Below are positions 44,627-54,188 of a stretch of DNA of 55,185 nucleotides, piece after piece. Every line of letters begins with the position of its first letter. Position 1 is the stretch's first letter. The position numbers and the translations under genes were made by a program. The stretch is from Patescibacteria group bacterium (GTDB lineage Bacteria; Patescibacteriota; WWE3; JAMCXX01), in assembly GCA_023474425.1 (NCBI GenBank), contig JAMCXX010000004.1, positions 1 through 55,185 on the forward strand. The letters are read 5' to 3'. The notes under the pieces were generated by a model. That model worked only from the letters and a program-made list of their open reading frames with translations. It was not told where the DNA came from and searched no databases.

Positions 44627-45082
44627 TTACTCCCGAGATTTGAGACTAAGATACAATATTTGTTGACCTGGCCTAAGACGCTCGCTGAAGCCAAATCTTC
44701 CGAAGACTTCCGGTTTACGGGTAACGGTCATAACTGTTTCAATCCCTTGACGGCGCGCAAACTGCACTCCGGAGCCAATCAGGTCGGAACCTACTCCCAT
44801 ACGACGAAACTCTGGCAGAACATAGAAAGTGCGAATCTCGCACCAGCGTCCGCCGTTATCGACCACCCGACCGTTAAGCACCGAGGCATAAATGCGGACA
44901 AACAGACAGCCAATCACCTTTTCTTCATGGACGGCAACAAAACCGCAGCCAATCAAGGCCCTAATCTCGTCTTCCTTGCAGAGCAGTAAATCTCCCTCCT
45001 CGTATCCCAAGCGGTTCAACTCCAATATTGAAGGTACATCCGGCGGTATCGCACCCCTAACCAGAGCTTTTAAGCCGTTCAT
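44627..45082 (-). CDS. GNAT acetyltransferase (ArgA-like)
   Basis: EIRTFYVLPEFRRMGVGS acetyl-CoA binding motif. Confidence 0.88.
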   Translation of the reverse strand: MNGLKALVRGAIPPDVPSILELNRLGYEEGDLLLCKEDEIRALIGCGFVAVHEEKVIGCLFVRIYASVLNGRVVDNGGRWCEIRTFYVLPEFRRMGVGSDLIGSGVQFARRQGIETVMTVTRKPEVFGRFGFSERLRPGQQILYLSLKSRE

Positions 45083-45108
45083 TGATCCCTCCCTCTAGTT
45101 TTACGCGG

Positions 45109-47958
45109 CTAGATCAATTCTATCCTAAAATCTTTTGCTGAAGCGACACTCTCGGCTAATGTCTCTTTTTTAATATAGTCCTCAAACTCTTTTGGCCAGG
45201 AGGGCGCAAAAATTCTAATTCTGTCTGTGACTTTGCAACCGGCTTCCTTGCGCAAATCCTGAATCTGTCTAACAAGATCTCGCGCTTCGCCTTCAGCTTT
45301 GAGTTCCGGTGTGATAACAGTATCCAAAGTCACCTGTGGCTCGGAAGCAGTAGTATCTTTTTTCCACTCCACCATTTTTATATTAACTTCGTCCAGAATT
45401 AATTGTTCTAAGTCTTTTCCGACCGCACTACCACTATAATTAACTATAACTTTGGCCAAAGGCTGACGGACCTTGATGGACTTTTCTTTTCTTTGAGCGT
45501 GCCCCAGCTCACAAATCTTCCTCACCAAAACCATATCATCCATCAGGGATGCCGAGGCTCCCGAAGTCTGCCCAGCTTCGCTGCCCCGACTCCGGGGGGC
45601 GGGCCAATTCGCCAAATGCACCGATTCTTCCCCGGTTAAGTCTTTGTAAACATACTCGGTGATAAACGGAATAATAGGCGCCGCTACTTTAGAAAAGCGG
45701 ATAAGCGCTGTTGCCAAAACTTGGAGTGAATCGGTTCTACTGTCCTTAATAACGTCCCGGCTGCGCCGCAGGTACCAGGTGGACAAATCGGAAACATATT
45801 CGCGCATTAACTTGCAGGAACTAACCGTATCATAATCATCCATAAAACCGGTCGCTTCCCTAACTAGCCAGTCCGTTCTGATAATCAGCCACTCGTCCAA
45901 AACCGTCATCTTTCCTTTTGGCCACTCGTCCTTGAATTGATCCTGCGAATACAACCGCAAAAACCTAAAACAGTTGAAGTAAAGATTTATAAACTGGTTG
46001 CGGGCTTCCTCCACACCAGACTCTGAAAAAATAACATCCTCGGCCTTCATTACGGAAGAGCCCATCATATAAAACCTCAAAGAGTCCACGCCGTACTTGT
46101 TGATCACGATCATGGGATCGGGGAAATTACCGCGCGATTTACTCATTTTTTTACCATCGGTGCCAAGATAAGTACCCGTCACCGAAACATTTTTAAAGCT
46201 GGGCTTACCAAACACCGCCACGGAAATTCTGTGCAAAACATTAAACCAGGCCCGCACCTGCGCCACATATTCACCAATAAAGTCGGCCGGGTAGTTTTTT
46301 TCGAACCACTCTTTGTTTTCAAAAGGATAATGCTTGGCGGCAAAAGACATAGAGCCGCTTTCCACCCAGCAGTCAAAAACATCGGGAATCCGCATCATCT
46401 CGCCCCCGCATTCACATTTGAGTCTGATTCCGTCTATGTAAGGTCTGTGCAGATCAAAGTCATTGGTCAACGGTTGACTATTTTTAGCTAACGACTTCAA
46501 TTCTTCAACCGAACCAATAATCTGCTTCGTCTGACAGGATTCACACACCCAAATTGGCATTGGATTTCCCCAATAACGGCTGCGGCTAATATTCCAGTCC
46601 GGAGAATTCTCAAGGATGTCCTTAAATTGTCCGTGCTTAAAATGCTGCGGGTGCCAAGAAATCTGTTCGTTGGCGGCTACCAGTTCTTTTTTGATTTTTT
46701 GAATATTAATAAACCAGGCCGGTACGGCATTGTAAAAAAGCGGGGTGTCGCAACGGTAACAAAACGGATAGGGGTGAACTATTTTTTCTTCGCGGTAAAG
46801 TAAATCCCGCGACTTAAGATCGTCTATGACCAAAGGGTTAGCCTGTTTAAAAAACTTTCCGGCCAGAAAACCGGTGAAGGGCAAGAATTTTCCTTCGTCC
46901 GAAAGCATGGGCACAGCCGGAAGACCCAATTCCATTCCCAGACGATAATCGTCTTCTCCATACATTACCGCTGTGTGAACGACGCCGGTACCTTCTTCCA
47001 TACTCACAAAATCCGCCCCCGCAACATAAAAAGCCTTCCTGTCACCTATGGGAAGAAACCCATACAAAGGTTCATATTCTAATCCGACCAGATCTTTGCC
47101 CTTGATTTCTTCAACGACTTCATAAGGTTCCTTAATAACCTTTTCTGCTAGAGATTTAGCCAAAATCAATAGTTCTTCGTCCTTACTTCTTAATTCTTTC
47201 TTCTTAATTCTGATTTTGACGTAATCAGCTTTTTCATCCACAGCTAAAGCCACATTTCCCGGTAATGTCCAAGGAGTCGTCGTCCATGCGAGTATATATC
47301 CCTCATCCTTGATTCTTGATTCTTTATTCTTGATTCTAAACTTCACATAGACCGACTCGTCCTCCACATCCCGGTAACTTTTGTCCATGGCGATTTCAAA
47401 ATCGGAAAGGGGCGTAGCGCAACGCGGGCAATAAAGAATCACGCGGCGGCCTTCGTAAACCAAACCTTTTTCCCAAAGTTTCTTGAACCCCCACCACACC
47501 GACTCCATAAAGGTGTTGTCCATGGTTTTGTAGGAGTGCTCCATGTCAACAAATCTTCCGATGCGGGTAATAAATTTTTTCCACTCTTTATCGAACCTTA
47601 AAACGGCTAAGCGGCAGGCTTCGTTGAATTTATCTATCCCCAAGGCTTCAATACCTTTTTTGCCCCCGGTAATTGCCAATTCTTTTTCCACAATATTTTC
47701 AATGGGCAGGCCGTGGCAATCCCAACCCCAAACCCGCTCCACCCGGAAGCCCCGCATCGTCCAGTAACGCGGCATAACGTCTTTAAGAGTAGAACCTAGA
47801 AGATGGCCGTAGTGAGGCAGACCCGTGGCAAAGGGCGGGCCGTCATAAAATACGTAATGACGATCTTGCGGTCGGTTTTCCACCGACTTTTCAAAAATCC
47901 TGTTTTTTTGCCAAAAATCGATTACCTTTTCTTCTACCTCCGGAAGCGTTTGGGCCAT
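45109..47958 (-). CDS. ileS: Isoleucyl-tRNA synthetase, type 2
   Basis: DGPPFATGLPHYGH, WTTTPWTLP, DWNISRSRYWG, KMSKS and the IleRS2-type C-terminal EG.AR..VR.IQ..RK. Confidence 0.96.
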   Translation of the reverse strand: MAQTLPEVEEKVIDFWQKNRIFEKSVENRPQDRHYVFYDGPPFATGLPHYGHLLGSTLKDVMPRYWTMRGFRVERVWGWDCHGLPIENIVEKELAITGGKKGIEALGIDKFNEACRLAVLRFDKEWKKFITRIGRFVDMEHSYKTMDNTFMESVWWGFKKLWEKGLVYEGRRVILYCPRCATPLSDFEIAMDKSYRDVEDESVYVKFRIKNKESRIKDEGYILAWTTTPWTLPGNVALAVDEKADYVKIRIKKKELRSKDEELLILAKSLAEKVIKEPYEVVEEIKGKDLVGLEYEPLYGFLPIGDRKAFYVAGADFVSMEEGTGVVHTAVMYGEDDYRLGMELGLPAVPMLSDEGKFLPFTGFLAGKFFKQANPLVIDDLKSRDLLYREEKIVHPYPFCYRCDTPLFYNAVPAWFINIQKIKKELVAANEQISWHPQHFKHGQFKDILENSPDWNISRSRYWGNPMPIWVCESCQTKQIIGSVEELKSLAKNSQPLTNDFDLHRPYIDGIRLKCECGGEMMRIPDVFDCWVESGSMSFAAKHYPFENKEWFEKNYPADFIGEYVAQVRAWFNVLHRISVAVFGKPSFKNVSVTGTYLGTDGKKMSKSRGNFPDPMIVINKYGVDSLRFYMMGSSVMKAEDVIFSESGVEEARNQFINLYFNCFRFLRLYSQDQFKDEWPKGKMTVLDEWLIIRTDWLVREATGFMDDYDTVSSCKLMREYVSDLSTWYLRRSRDVIKDSRTDSLQVLATALIRFSKVAAPIIPFITEYVYKDLTGEESVHLANWPAPRSRGSEAGQTSGASASLMDDMVLVRKICELGHAQRKEKSIKVRQPLAKVIVNYSGSAVGKDLEQLILDEVNIKMVEWKKDTTASEPQVTLDTVITPELKAEGEARDLVRQIQDLRKEAGCKVTDRIRIFAPSWPKEFEDYIKKETLAESVASAKDFRIELI
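45551..45600. repeat. Hairpin element in frame in ileS
   Basis: GCTCCCGAAGTC...CAGCTTCGCTG...GACTCCGGGGGGC; encodes APRSRGSEAGQTSGAS. Confidence 0.65.
47180..47340. repeat. Two degenerate TTCTT(G/A)A heptamer tracts inside ileS (47180-47214 and 47306-47340)
   Basis: They encode IRIKKKELRSKD and FRIKNKESRIKD. Confidence 0.75.
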
Positions 47959-47965
47959 AACTTGA

Positions 47966-48160
47966 TTATTTTATCACGAAGGATGGGGAAGAGGGGCTTG
48001 CCTCTTTAATAATGGACGATGAGGTTGACAGTCTCTCGCTACCGGAAGGATTATAGATCGCCGGCAGTTTTGATGCTTTGTAAACAAGAAAAGTTGTTAG
48101 AACAATGCCTGCCAAGGCAACTACCGCCAAAACTGCGTAAAAAGACTGCTCCCGTTTCAT
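47966..48160 (-). CDS. Small single-TM hypothetical protein
   Basis: Hydrophobic N-terminal helix; co-oriented with ileS. Confidence 0.6.
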   Translation of the reverse strand: MKREQSFYAVLAVVALAGIVLTTFLVYKASKLPAIYNPSGSERLSTSSSIIKEASPSSPSFVIK

Positions 48161-48225
48161 TTGGCTAAATTATGGTCAAATTAGGTTTAATTGTCAAAAA
48201 CTATACAAGCTGATAAGTTTGGGTA

Positions 48226-48774
48226 GTGGCCATATACACACGAACCGGAGATATCGGAACAACCTCGGTAGGCAGTTTTAAGCGACGGTCAAAAGCTGAC
48301 GGACTGGTTAAAATTTTGGGCGATTTGGACGAGCTTAACTCGAGTCTTGGCTTGGTTCTCTCTTACTCCAAAACGACGCGGACGGCAAAAATCCTTAAAA
48401 CGGTTCAAAACTCCATTTTTAATCTGGGCGCCAAACTTACCGGGCACCAAAAAAACTTCCGGAAACTTGAACATCCCGATGTAGGATTTCTGGAGAGAGA
48501 AATTGACAAAATCGAACGGGAACTTAAACCTCTAAGAAATTTTATTCTGCCCGGCGGTAGTAAAGGTTCGGCGCATCTGCATTTAGCCCGATCCGTCTGC
48601 CGAAGAGCCGAAAGAACCGTGGCGGAAAATCGTAAACTGGTAACAGAGGATAATAGAATCCTCTTACCCTACCTAAATCGTTTGGCCGACCTCCTATTTG
48701 TTTTAGCCCGATTCGAAAATCAAAGAGCGGGCCTTAAAGACCGGCTTTGGAACAAAGAATTTAAAACCCCTTGA
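48226..48774 (+). CDS. PduO-type ATP:cob(I)alamin adenosyltransferase
   Basis: IYTRTGD.GTT, GDLDELNS, FILPGG, ARSVCRRAER, YLNRLAD.LF..AR. Confidence 0.94.
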   Translation: MAIYTRTGDIGTTSVGSFKRRSKADGLVKILGDLDELNSSLGLVLSYSKTTRTAKILKTVQNSIFNLGAKLTGHQKNFRKLEHPDVGFLEREIDKIERELKPLRNFILPGGSKGSAHLHLARSVCRRAERTVAENRKLVTEDNRILLPYLNRLADLLFVLARFENQRAGLKDRLWNKEFKTP

Positions 48775-48775
48775 C

Positions 48776-48823
48776 AGCAGTCATTTTGTGTATCAGGATT
48801 TCCCATAACACAAGAAGTTGTGT
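48776..48823 (+). promoter_or_regulatory. Tandem NrdR boxes (48776-48791 and 48808-48823) overlapping a TTGACA promoter
   Basis: ACACAAGAAGTTGTGT palindrome plus the weaker AGCAGTCATTTTGTGT exactly 32 bp upstream. TTGACA is at 48771. Confidence 0.75.
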
Positions 48824-48833
48824 TTTTGCTTTT

Positions 48834-51104
48834 ATGGGGGACACTGCCTTAAACAATCAAAAGACCGCCTTACAACAACCGGTTTTAAATTATCCCTCAG
48901 TCATTGTAAAACGCGACGGGCGGGTGGTCCCCTTTGACATTAAAAGAATAGAAAATGCTCTCAATAAGTGTTTCTTAAGTTTAGAAAAGACTCCCAACAC
49001 ACCAGTGGAGGAATTGTCCCGTCAGGCCGTGAACATTGTGGTTGCCAAGGGAGAGACAGCCACTGTGGAAGCCGTGCAGGACGCAGTGGAAATTATTCTT
49101 CAGGCGGTAGGTGAATTTGAAGCCGCCAAACACTATATCCTCTACCGCGCCGAGCACGCTAGAAAACGACAGGAACGTCCCATACCCGAAGAGGTACGCC
49201 GGGCCTTTGCCCAGTCGGATCGTTACTTTCCCACTCCCATTCAAAAATTTCAATTTTATGACAAATATTCGAGATTTAATTACGAATTAGGACGGCGGGA
49301 AACCTGGGTGGAAACGGTTGACCGCTCGGTAAGCTTTCTCCACGACCTAGCCGGTTCGAGGCTGCGTACGGAAACTTACGAAAAGATCCGCCAAAATATT
49401 TTGGAAATGAGATCAATGCCCTCCATGAGACTTTTGGCCATGGCCGGAGCGGCGGCTAAACGCAGCAATATTGCCATCTATAATTGTTCTTATCTTCCCG
49501 TAAAAGATGAGGACAGCTTTGTGGAGGCTCTAATAATTTCCATGAACGGATGCGGGGTGGGTTTTTCGGTGGAGCGGCGTTACGTAGAGAACTTTCCCCG
49601 AATTAAAAGGCAAAAAGGCAAAGCGCCGGCCAGATTCACCGTGGCCGATACAACCGAAGGCTGGGCCGATTCGTTAAGATTCGGTCTTAAAACCTGGTTC
49701 GACGGCGAAGATGTGGAGTTTGACTTAACACATCTGCGGCCGGCCGGGGCACCCCTAAAAACTAAAGGCGGGAGGGCTTCGGGACCGGAACCGCTGCGCA
49801 AGATGTTCGACTTTATGAGAGGGCGGATACTCGCCCGGCAAGGCAGTTTCCTGCGCCCGATTGACGCACACGACCTAATGTGCGCCGTGGGCAGCGCCGC
49901 CGTTTCCGGAGGTGTCAGGCGCACGGCCATGATTTCCCTCTTTGACTTTGATGACACGGAGATGCGTCTCTCCAAATCCGGCGATTTTGAGCGCAGCAAC
50001 AATCAGCGCTGGAACGCCAACAATTCCGCCGTTTGGCCGGAAAGACCCTTAACCCAAACTGAAGTAGCCCACTTTATTATGGACATGGTGGACTCGGGCC
50101 GCGGCGAGCCGGGAATATTCAGCCGGCAGGCGGCTCTTAATTCCATTCCAGAACGACGCAAGCCGGCCGAGTTCGGCACTAACCCCTGCGGGGAAATTGT
50201 GTTGCGCCCATATGAGTTTTGCAACCTTTCCATTGCCGTAGCCCGCGCCGAAGACGACTTTGAAAGTCTTAAAGACAAGGTGGAAGTAGCCGCCATAATC
50301 GGCACTATTCAATCTTTGGCCACAAACTTCCCGGGACTGCGCGACGATTGGAAAAGAAACTGTGAGGAGGAGAGACTATTGGGTGTCGATATTAACGGAC
50401 AGATGGACAGCCCGGTTTCACAAAATGCGGAAGTTCAAGCCAAATTAAAAGGGTTGGTGCGCGAGGTGAACCGCCGAGTCAGCCGTGACTTAGGCATTAA
50501 CGAATCGGCCTCTCTTACCTGTGTTAAGCCTTCGGGTAACTCCTCACAACTTTTAAACTGTTCGTCCGGCGTCCACGCCCGCTGGTCCCCCTATTACATT
50601 CGCAACGCTAGGGTGGGCACCCACACGCCGATTTATAAAGTCTTAAGTGACGCCGGCGTGCCCATGGACCCCGAAAACGGCCAAAGCCGCAAAGATGCCA
50701 ATGCCTGGGTGGTTCACTTCCCTATTAAATCACCCGATGGGGCCGCCACCCGGCAAGACCGGGCACTTCATAATCAGCTTGACTACTGGCTTCAGGTCAA
50801 AAAGCAGTGGACGGAGCACAACCCCAGCGCCACCATTACCTACCGCAACGATGAAGTTATTGAAATTATTAAATGGGTCTGGGAGCATCAGGATATTATT
50901 GGCGGCATTACCTTTTTGCCCTCTACCGACGCCCAATACGACCAAATGCCTTATGAAGAGATTGAGCGTGGGGAGTATGAGAAAAGACTCGCCGCTTTTC
51001 CCGAAATCGATTTTTCCAAGATTTACCGCTACGAAGAAGAAGATTTAACCACCGCCGCCCAGGAAATTGCCTGCCTTGGTGCCGCCTGCGACCTAACCCT
51101 CTAA
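48834..51104 (+). CDS. nrdJ: Class II (adenosylcobalamin-dependent) ribonucleotide reductase with an N-terminal ATP cone
   Basis: VKRDG ATP cone, NC, GGVRR.A.I, TNPCGE, TCVKPSG and C-terminal CLGAAC. The ATG at 48834 follows the NrdR boxes. Confidence 0.93.
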   Translation: MGDTALNNQKTALQQPVLNYPSVIVKRDGRVVPFDIKRIENALNKCFLSLEKTPNTPVEELSRQAVNIVVAKGETATVEAVQDAVEIILQAVGEFEAAKHYILYRAEHARKRQERPIPEEVRRAFAQSDRYFPTPIQKFQFYDKYSRFNYELGRRETWVETVDRSVSFLHDLAGSRLRTETYEKIRQNILEMRSMPSMRLLAMAGAAAKRSNIAIYNCSYLPVKDEDSFVEALIISMNGCGVGFSVERRYVENFPRIKRQKGKAPARFTVADTTEGWADSLRFGLKTWFDGEDVEFDLTHLRPAGAPLKTKGGRASGPEPLRKMFDFMRGRILARQGSFLRPIDAHDLMCAVGSAAVSGGVRRTAMISLFDFDDTEMRLSKSGDFERSNNQRWNANNSAVWPERPLTQTEVAHFIMDMVDSGRGEPGIFSRQAALNSIPERRKPAEFGTNPCGEIVLRPYEFCNLSIAVARAEDDFESLKDKVEVAAIIGTIQSLATNFPGLRDDWKRNCEEERLLGVDINGQMDSPVSQNAEVQAKLKGLVREVNRRVSRDLGINESASLTCVKPSGNSSQLLNCSSGVHARWSPYYIRNARVGTHTPIYKVLSDAGVPMDPENGQSRKDANAWVVHFPIKSPDGAATRQDRALHNQLDYWLQVKKQWTEHNPSATITYRNDEVIEIIKWVWEHQDIIGGITFLPSTDAQYDQMPYEEIERGEYEKRLAAFPEIDFSKIYRYEEEDLTTAAQEIACLGAACDLTL

Positions 51105-51209
51105 TTCATTAACCAGATGTAAATACTCCAGAAGGTCTACAAACTCTGTGCGAACGAGGTGATTTGATAAAGAGGAATAAAAAAACTATAAAAAAGGTTA
51201 TAATTATGC

Positions 51210-52220
51210 GTGATGGAAACCAAAGATTATCAAGAACTTCATAACCTAATCAAAATTTCAGTCGAGCCGAATTTTGTAATCAGGTTAGTTGGCCCAAACC
51301 CGTCAATAAAATCTTTCTGGGTAATGCTTAAATCTAAAACAAGCGTGGTTGAGGGCAAATTATTCTTACAAAACAGCAGAACAAAATTAGTGATTTTCGA
51401 ACCGGGATTTCCTGGAGGCGGCTCAACTCAATTCGAGAAGCTGTGGTTGAGAAAAACGCTTGAAAAAGGTTATTCCGTATTTTTAGCTCGGCACGGAGGA
51501 ACAATAATCAATGGTAAATTTTCGAGCCGCTATCTAAATTGCCCAGAAAGGCAAGAATTAGAAATAGCTAACAGAGTTAATGGTTTGAGCGTCCTTGGGA
51601 ATAAAAAAGAATATAACATTGCTGACTGGCTTATTGAACCACTAACCGCAATGAAAATACTAGTTCCGCATTTCTCCGACGTTGTCCTCTGCGGTCATTC
51701 GTTTGGACCACTAGCATTAATCTATTCTCTAATAAGATTTGTCGAAGAAGAACCCAGGTTATCAAGAAAAATATACCGCGTGGTATCGCTCTCGGGGTCC
51801 ATTGGAAAAATAAGAAGCTATGACAACTCCATACTGAAAGTTTGGCAGGACCATCTAAATACGGAATGGGCAAGAGAACGGGTTCAGGTGGGCGACCATA
51901 AAAGAAACACTGATATTTTCGAAGAGGCGCATAAAGCTGTCAACGATAACGTCTCAATTATTCCAAAAGACGTAACCCTTATAGCCGTTGTCCCTTACGG
52001 CGATACCGAAAATTCTATTGATGAAATAGTAAACCCCATGGAGTCGATAGATTTTATAAACTCTCTTGGAAGAGGTTATTTTATTGTTGACAAAACAGAG
52101 TGGGGAGATAAGAAAACCGGCCGGATGACGCATGATATGGAAGCCTTAACTTCGGATACTCTTGTCAAGTTGCTGTCAAAAGATTGGATACCCGAAAGCC
52201 GGATTACAACAATTGAATAG
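51210..52220 (+). CDS. Putative alpha/beta hydrolase
   Basis: PGFPGG oxyanion region, GHSFG nucleophile elbow and a C-terminal H. The gene is AT-rich. Confidence 0.65.
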   Translation: MMETKDYQELHNLIKISVEPNFVIRLVGPNPSIKSFWVMLKSKTSVVEGKLFLQNSRTKLVIFEPGFPGGGSTQFEKLWLRKTLEKGYSVFLARHGGTIINGKFSSRYLNCPERQELEIANRVNGLSVLGNKKEYNIADWLIEPLTAMKILVPHFSDVVLCGHSFGPLALIYSLIRFVEEEPRLSRKIYRVVSLSGSIGKIRSYDNSILKVWQDHLNTEWARERVQVGDHKRNTDIFEEAHKAVNDNVSIIPKDVTLIAVVPYGDTENSIDEIVNPMESIDFINSLGRGYFIVDKTEWGDKKTGRMTHDMEALTSDTLVKLLSKDWIPESRITTIE

Positions 52221-52336
52221 TTTTATCTTTCCGGACCAGAGCAGACGTGTCACAAGAAGCGGGAACGAGCTAACACATCGAAGTTAAATATTTCTTGTGA
52301 GCGGCCGGAGGGAGTCGGCCCTTGAAGTTTACGCTT

Positions 52337-52786
52337 ATGAAATGTCCGTATTGCCAAAGTGCGGAAACCAAGGTTATTGATAAAAGAGATTTGAGCGAAG
52401 AGGCCTCAACTAGGCGGCGGCGCGAATGCCTTAAATGCGGCAAGCGTTTTACCACTTATGAAAAAGTCGAGCGGATTGATTTGAAAGTCGTAAAGAAAGA
52501 CGGCCGGGTGGAAGACTACGTGCGGGAAAAGCTTAAAGCCGGGCTTGTGAAAGCCGTGGAAAAAAGACCGGTAACGGAAGAGCAGATTGAGGAAGTAATC
52601 GACGACATTGAACAAAGGATTCTTAAACGTCAGTCAAAACAGATTTCGGCTTCGGATATTGGGCAGATGGTTTTAACGAGGCTCAAAAAGATTGACCGCG
52701 TGGCTTACTTAAGGTTCGCCAGCGTTTTTCTGGAATTCGAAAGCCTTAAAGACTTCGCCAAACAGATTAAGGATTTTAGCAAATAA
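52337..52786 (+). CDS. nrdR: Transcriptional repressor NrdR
   Basis: MKCPYC...RRRRECLKCGKRFTTYE, an ATP cone and VAYLRFASV. Confidence 0.97.
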   Translation: MKCPYCQSAETKVIDKRDLSEEASTRRRRECLKCGKRFTTYEKVERIDLKVVKKDGRVEDYVREKLKAGLVKAVEKRPVTEEQIEEVIDDIEQRILKRQSKQISASDIGQMVLTRLKKIDRVAYLRFASVFLEFESLKDFAKQIKDFSK

Positions 52787-52848
52787 TTTGTTGGCGTCAT
52801 AATGTTTTACTTTCAAAGAACCCAAAGATAATCTATTATGAGAAAATT

Positions 52849-53850
52849 ATGAAAATCGGAATAATTGGCACTGGCTTTGGCAAAATGATTGGTCTGAACT
52901 TTAAAGCTGTGGATCCCTTGTGTCAGATTTATTTCTTCTCACGGGACAAAGAAAAGGCCAAAACAGCTTGTCGAGAGACCGGATGCCAAGGAACTTTTGA
53001 CACTTGGCAGGAACTGGTCCAAAGTCCAGGAATCGACCTAGTTGTTATTGCCAGCCCCAGCTATCTGCATAAGGAAATGTTTGAATTCGTGGCCAAAAAC
53101 AAAAAAGCAGCCCTGATTGAAAAACCGGCTGCCGTTACTACTAAAGACATGGCCGCGATGATGAGATGTGAGACCGGAGAATTAGCCGTGGTTAACCACG
53201 AAGGCCGTTTCCATCCAGTGGTTTCTTACATCAAAGATCTGGTCGCCCAGGGCAGGCTGGGAGAGATTTTAACTGCGAGAATTGGAGCCTATTTAAACTG
53301 GTATACCAATCCAGAATACAAAGGAACTTGGAATGATCTGAAGAAATTCGGTGGCGGACAGCTATTATCATTGGGTACTCATCAAATTGATCTGGCCAGA
53401 TTCGTCTTAGGAATGCCCAAGATTAAATCCGGGTCGGTACAAACCAGGATTTTCAGCGGGCCGCGCATTCACCCACCAGCCGAAACGGAAACCCAATTTT
53501 CCGCACATTTCCTGACTGAAAATAAAACCAGTATCCAACTTTTCAACGATACTTATTGCTTCGGGTATAAAAACTTCACAATTGATGTGATTGGCAGCAA
53601 TGGTACCGTGATTTACAGCGACCTTACCGGGCTCAAAATTACTTATTCTAACAATGAACCGTTGCAGACAGTTGAGTGGGTGGACCCGTTACCAGAAATT
53701 AAATTGGGCAACTCGATTTTGACAAAATCTATGAAATATATGGCTAAGGCCCTAATTGAATCGATTTCGGATAATAAACCGAACCCTAACTTCTGCACAC
53801 TAGAACAGGCTCGTGACAATCTGGAAATACTCGAACGTTTTAAACAATAA
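52849..53850 (+). CDS. Gfo/Idh/MocA family oxidoreductase
   Basis: GIIGTGFG, DLVVIASP..LH, EKP, GGG.L...GTH.ID. Confidence 0.93.
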   Translation: MKIGIIGTGFGKMIGLNFKAVDPLCQIYFFSRDKEKAKTACRETGCQGTFDTWQELVQSPGIDLVVIASPSYLHKEMFEFVAKNKKAALIEKPAAVTTKDMAAMMRCETGELAVVNHEGRFHPVVSYIKDLVAQGRLGEILTARIGAYLNWYTNPEYKGTWNDLKKFGGGQLLSLGTHQIDLARFVLGMPKIKSGSVQTRIFSGPRIHPPAETETQFSAHFLTENKTSIQLFNDTYCFGYKNFTIDVIGSNGTVIYSDLTGLKITYSNNEPLQTVEWVDPLPEIKLGNSILTKSMKYMAKALIESISDNKPNPNFCTLEQARDNLEILERFKQ

Positions 53851-53857
53851 GGTAACG

Positions 53858-54169
53858 TTAAATTCCCTTCCCCACCCGCAGAAAATCCGTCTAAAAATTA
53901 TTACTTCGGGCGTGGATTTTTTAGGCTGGGTTCATTTCCACAGCCACCGCATCCTGCGGACAGCTACTAAAAAACGGATGTACAAAAGGATTGCCGAGAA
54001 CCCCAAGGAATCAACCCGACAATCTTACTTAGGGCTTCTAAAGCACGGCAACGCCTACAAAATTAAAAAGAGGCTCGATTGTCTTTATGCTAGAGAAAAA
54101 AATAAGCTCCCAGACGGAAAGAACCGGCCTGAGAGCTTAAGGACAGAAGAACCAAGGGCAAAGAGCTAA
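53858..54169 (+). pseudogene. C-terminal fragment of a DGR-type reverse transcriptase
   Basis: HPQK...SGVDFLGWVHF..HRILRTATKKRM...QSYLGLLKHGN (RT7/thumb region). RT1-6 and the YxDD motif are absent. Confidence 0.8.
54104..54138 (-). terminator. Hairpin plus T-tract downstream of the DGR target-like gene
   Basis: Minus strand reads AAGCTCTCAGGCCGG-TTCTTT-CCGTCTGGGAGCTT followed by ATTTTTT. Confidence 0.65.
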
Positions 54170-54188
54170 GTGGCCAAGGGTCAAAGCG

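Noticed and set aside
48771-48833. TTG start and 21-aa N-terminal extension of nrdJ given in the ORF track
   Set aside because: This stretch contains the -35 box and NrdR boxes; the ATG at 48834 is more plausible.
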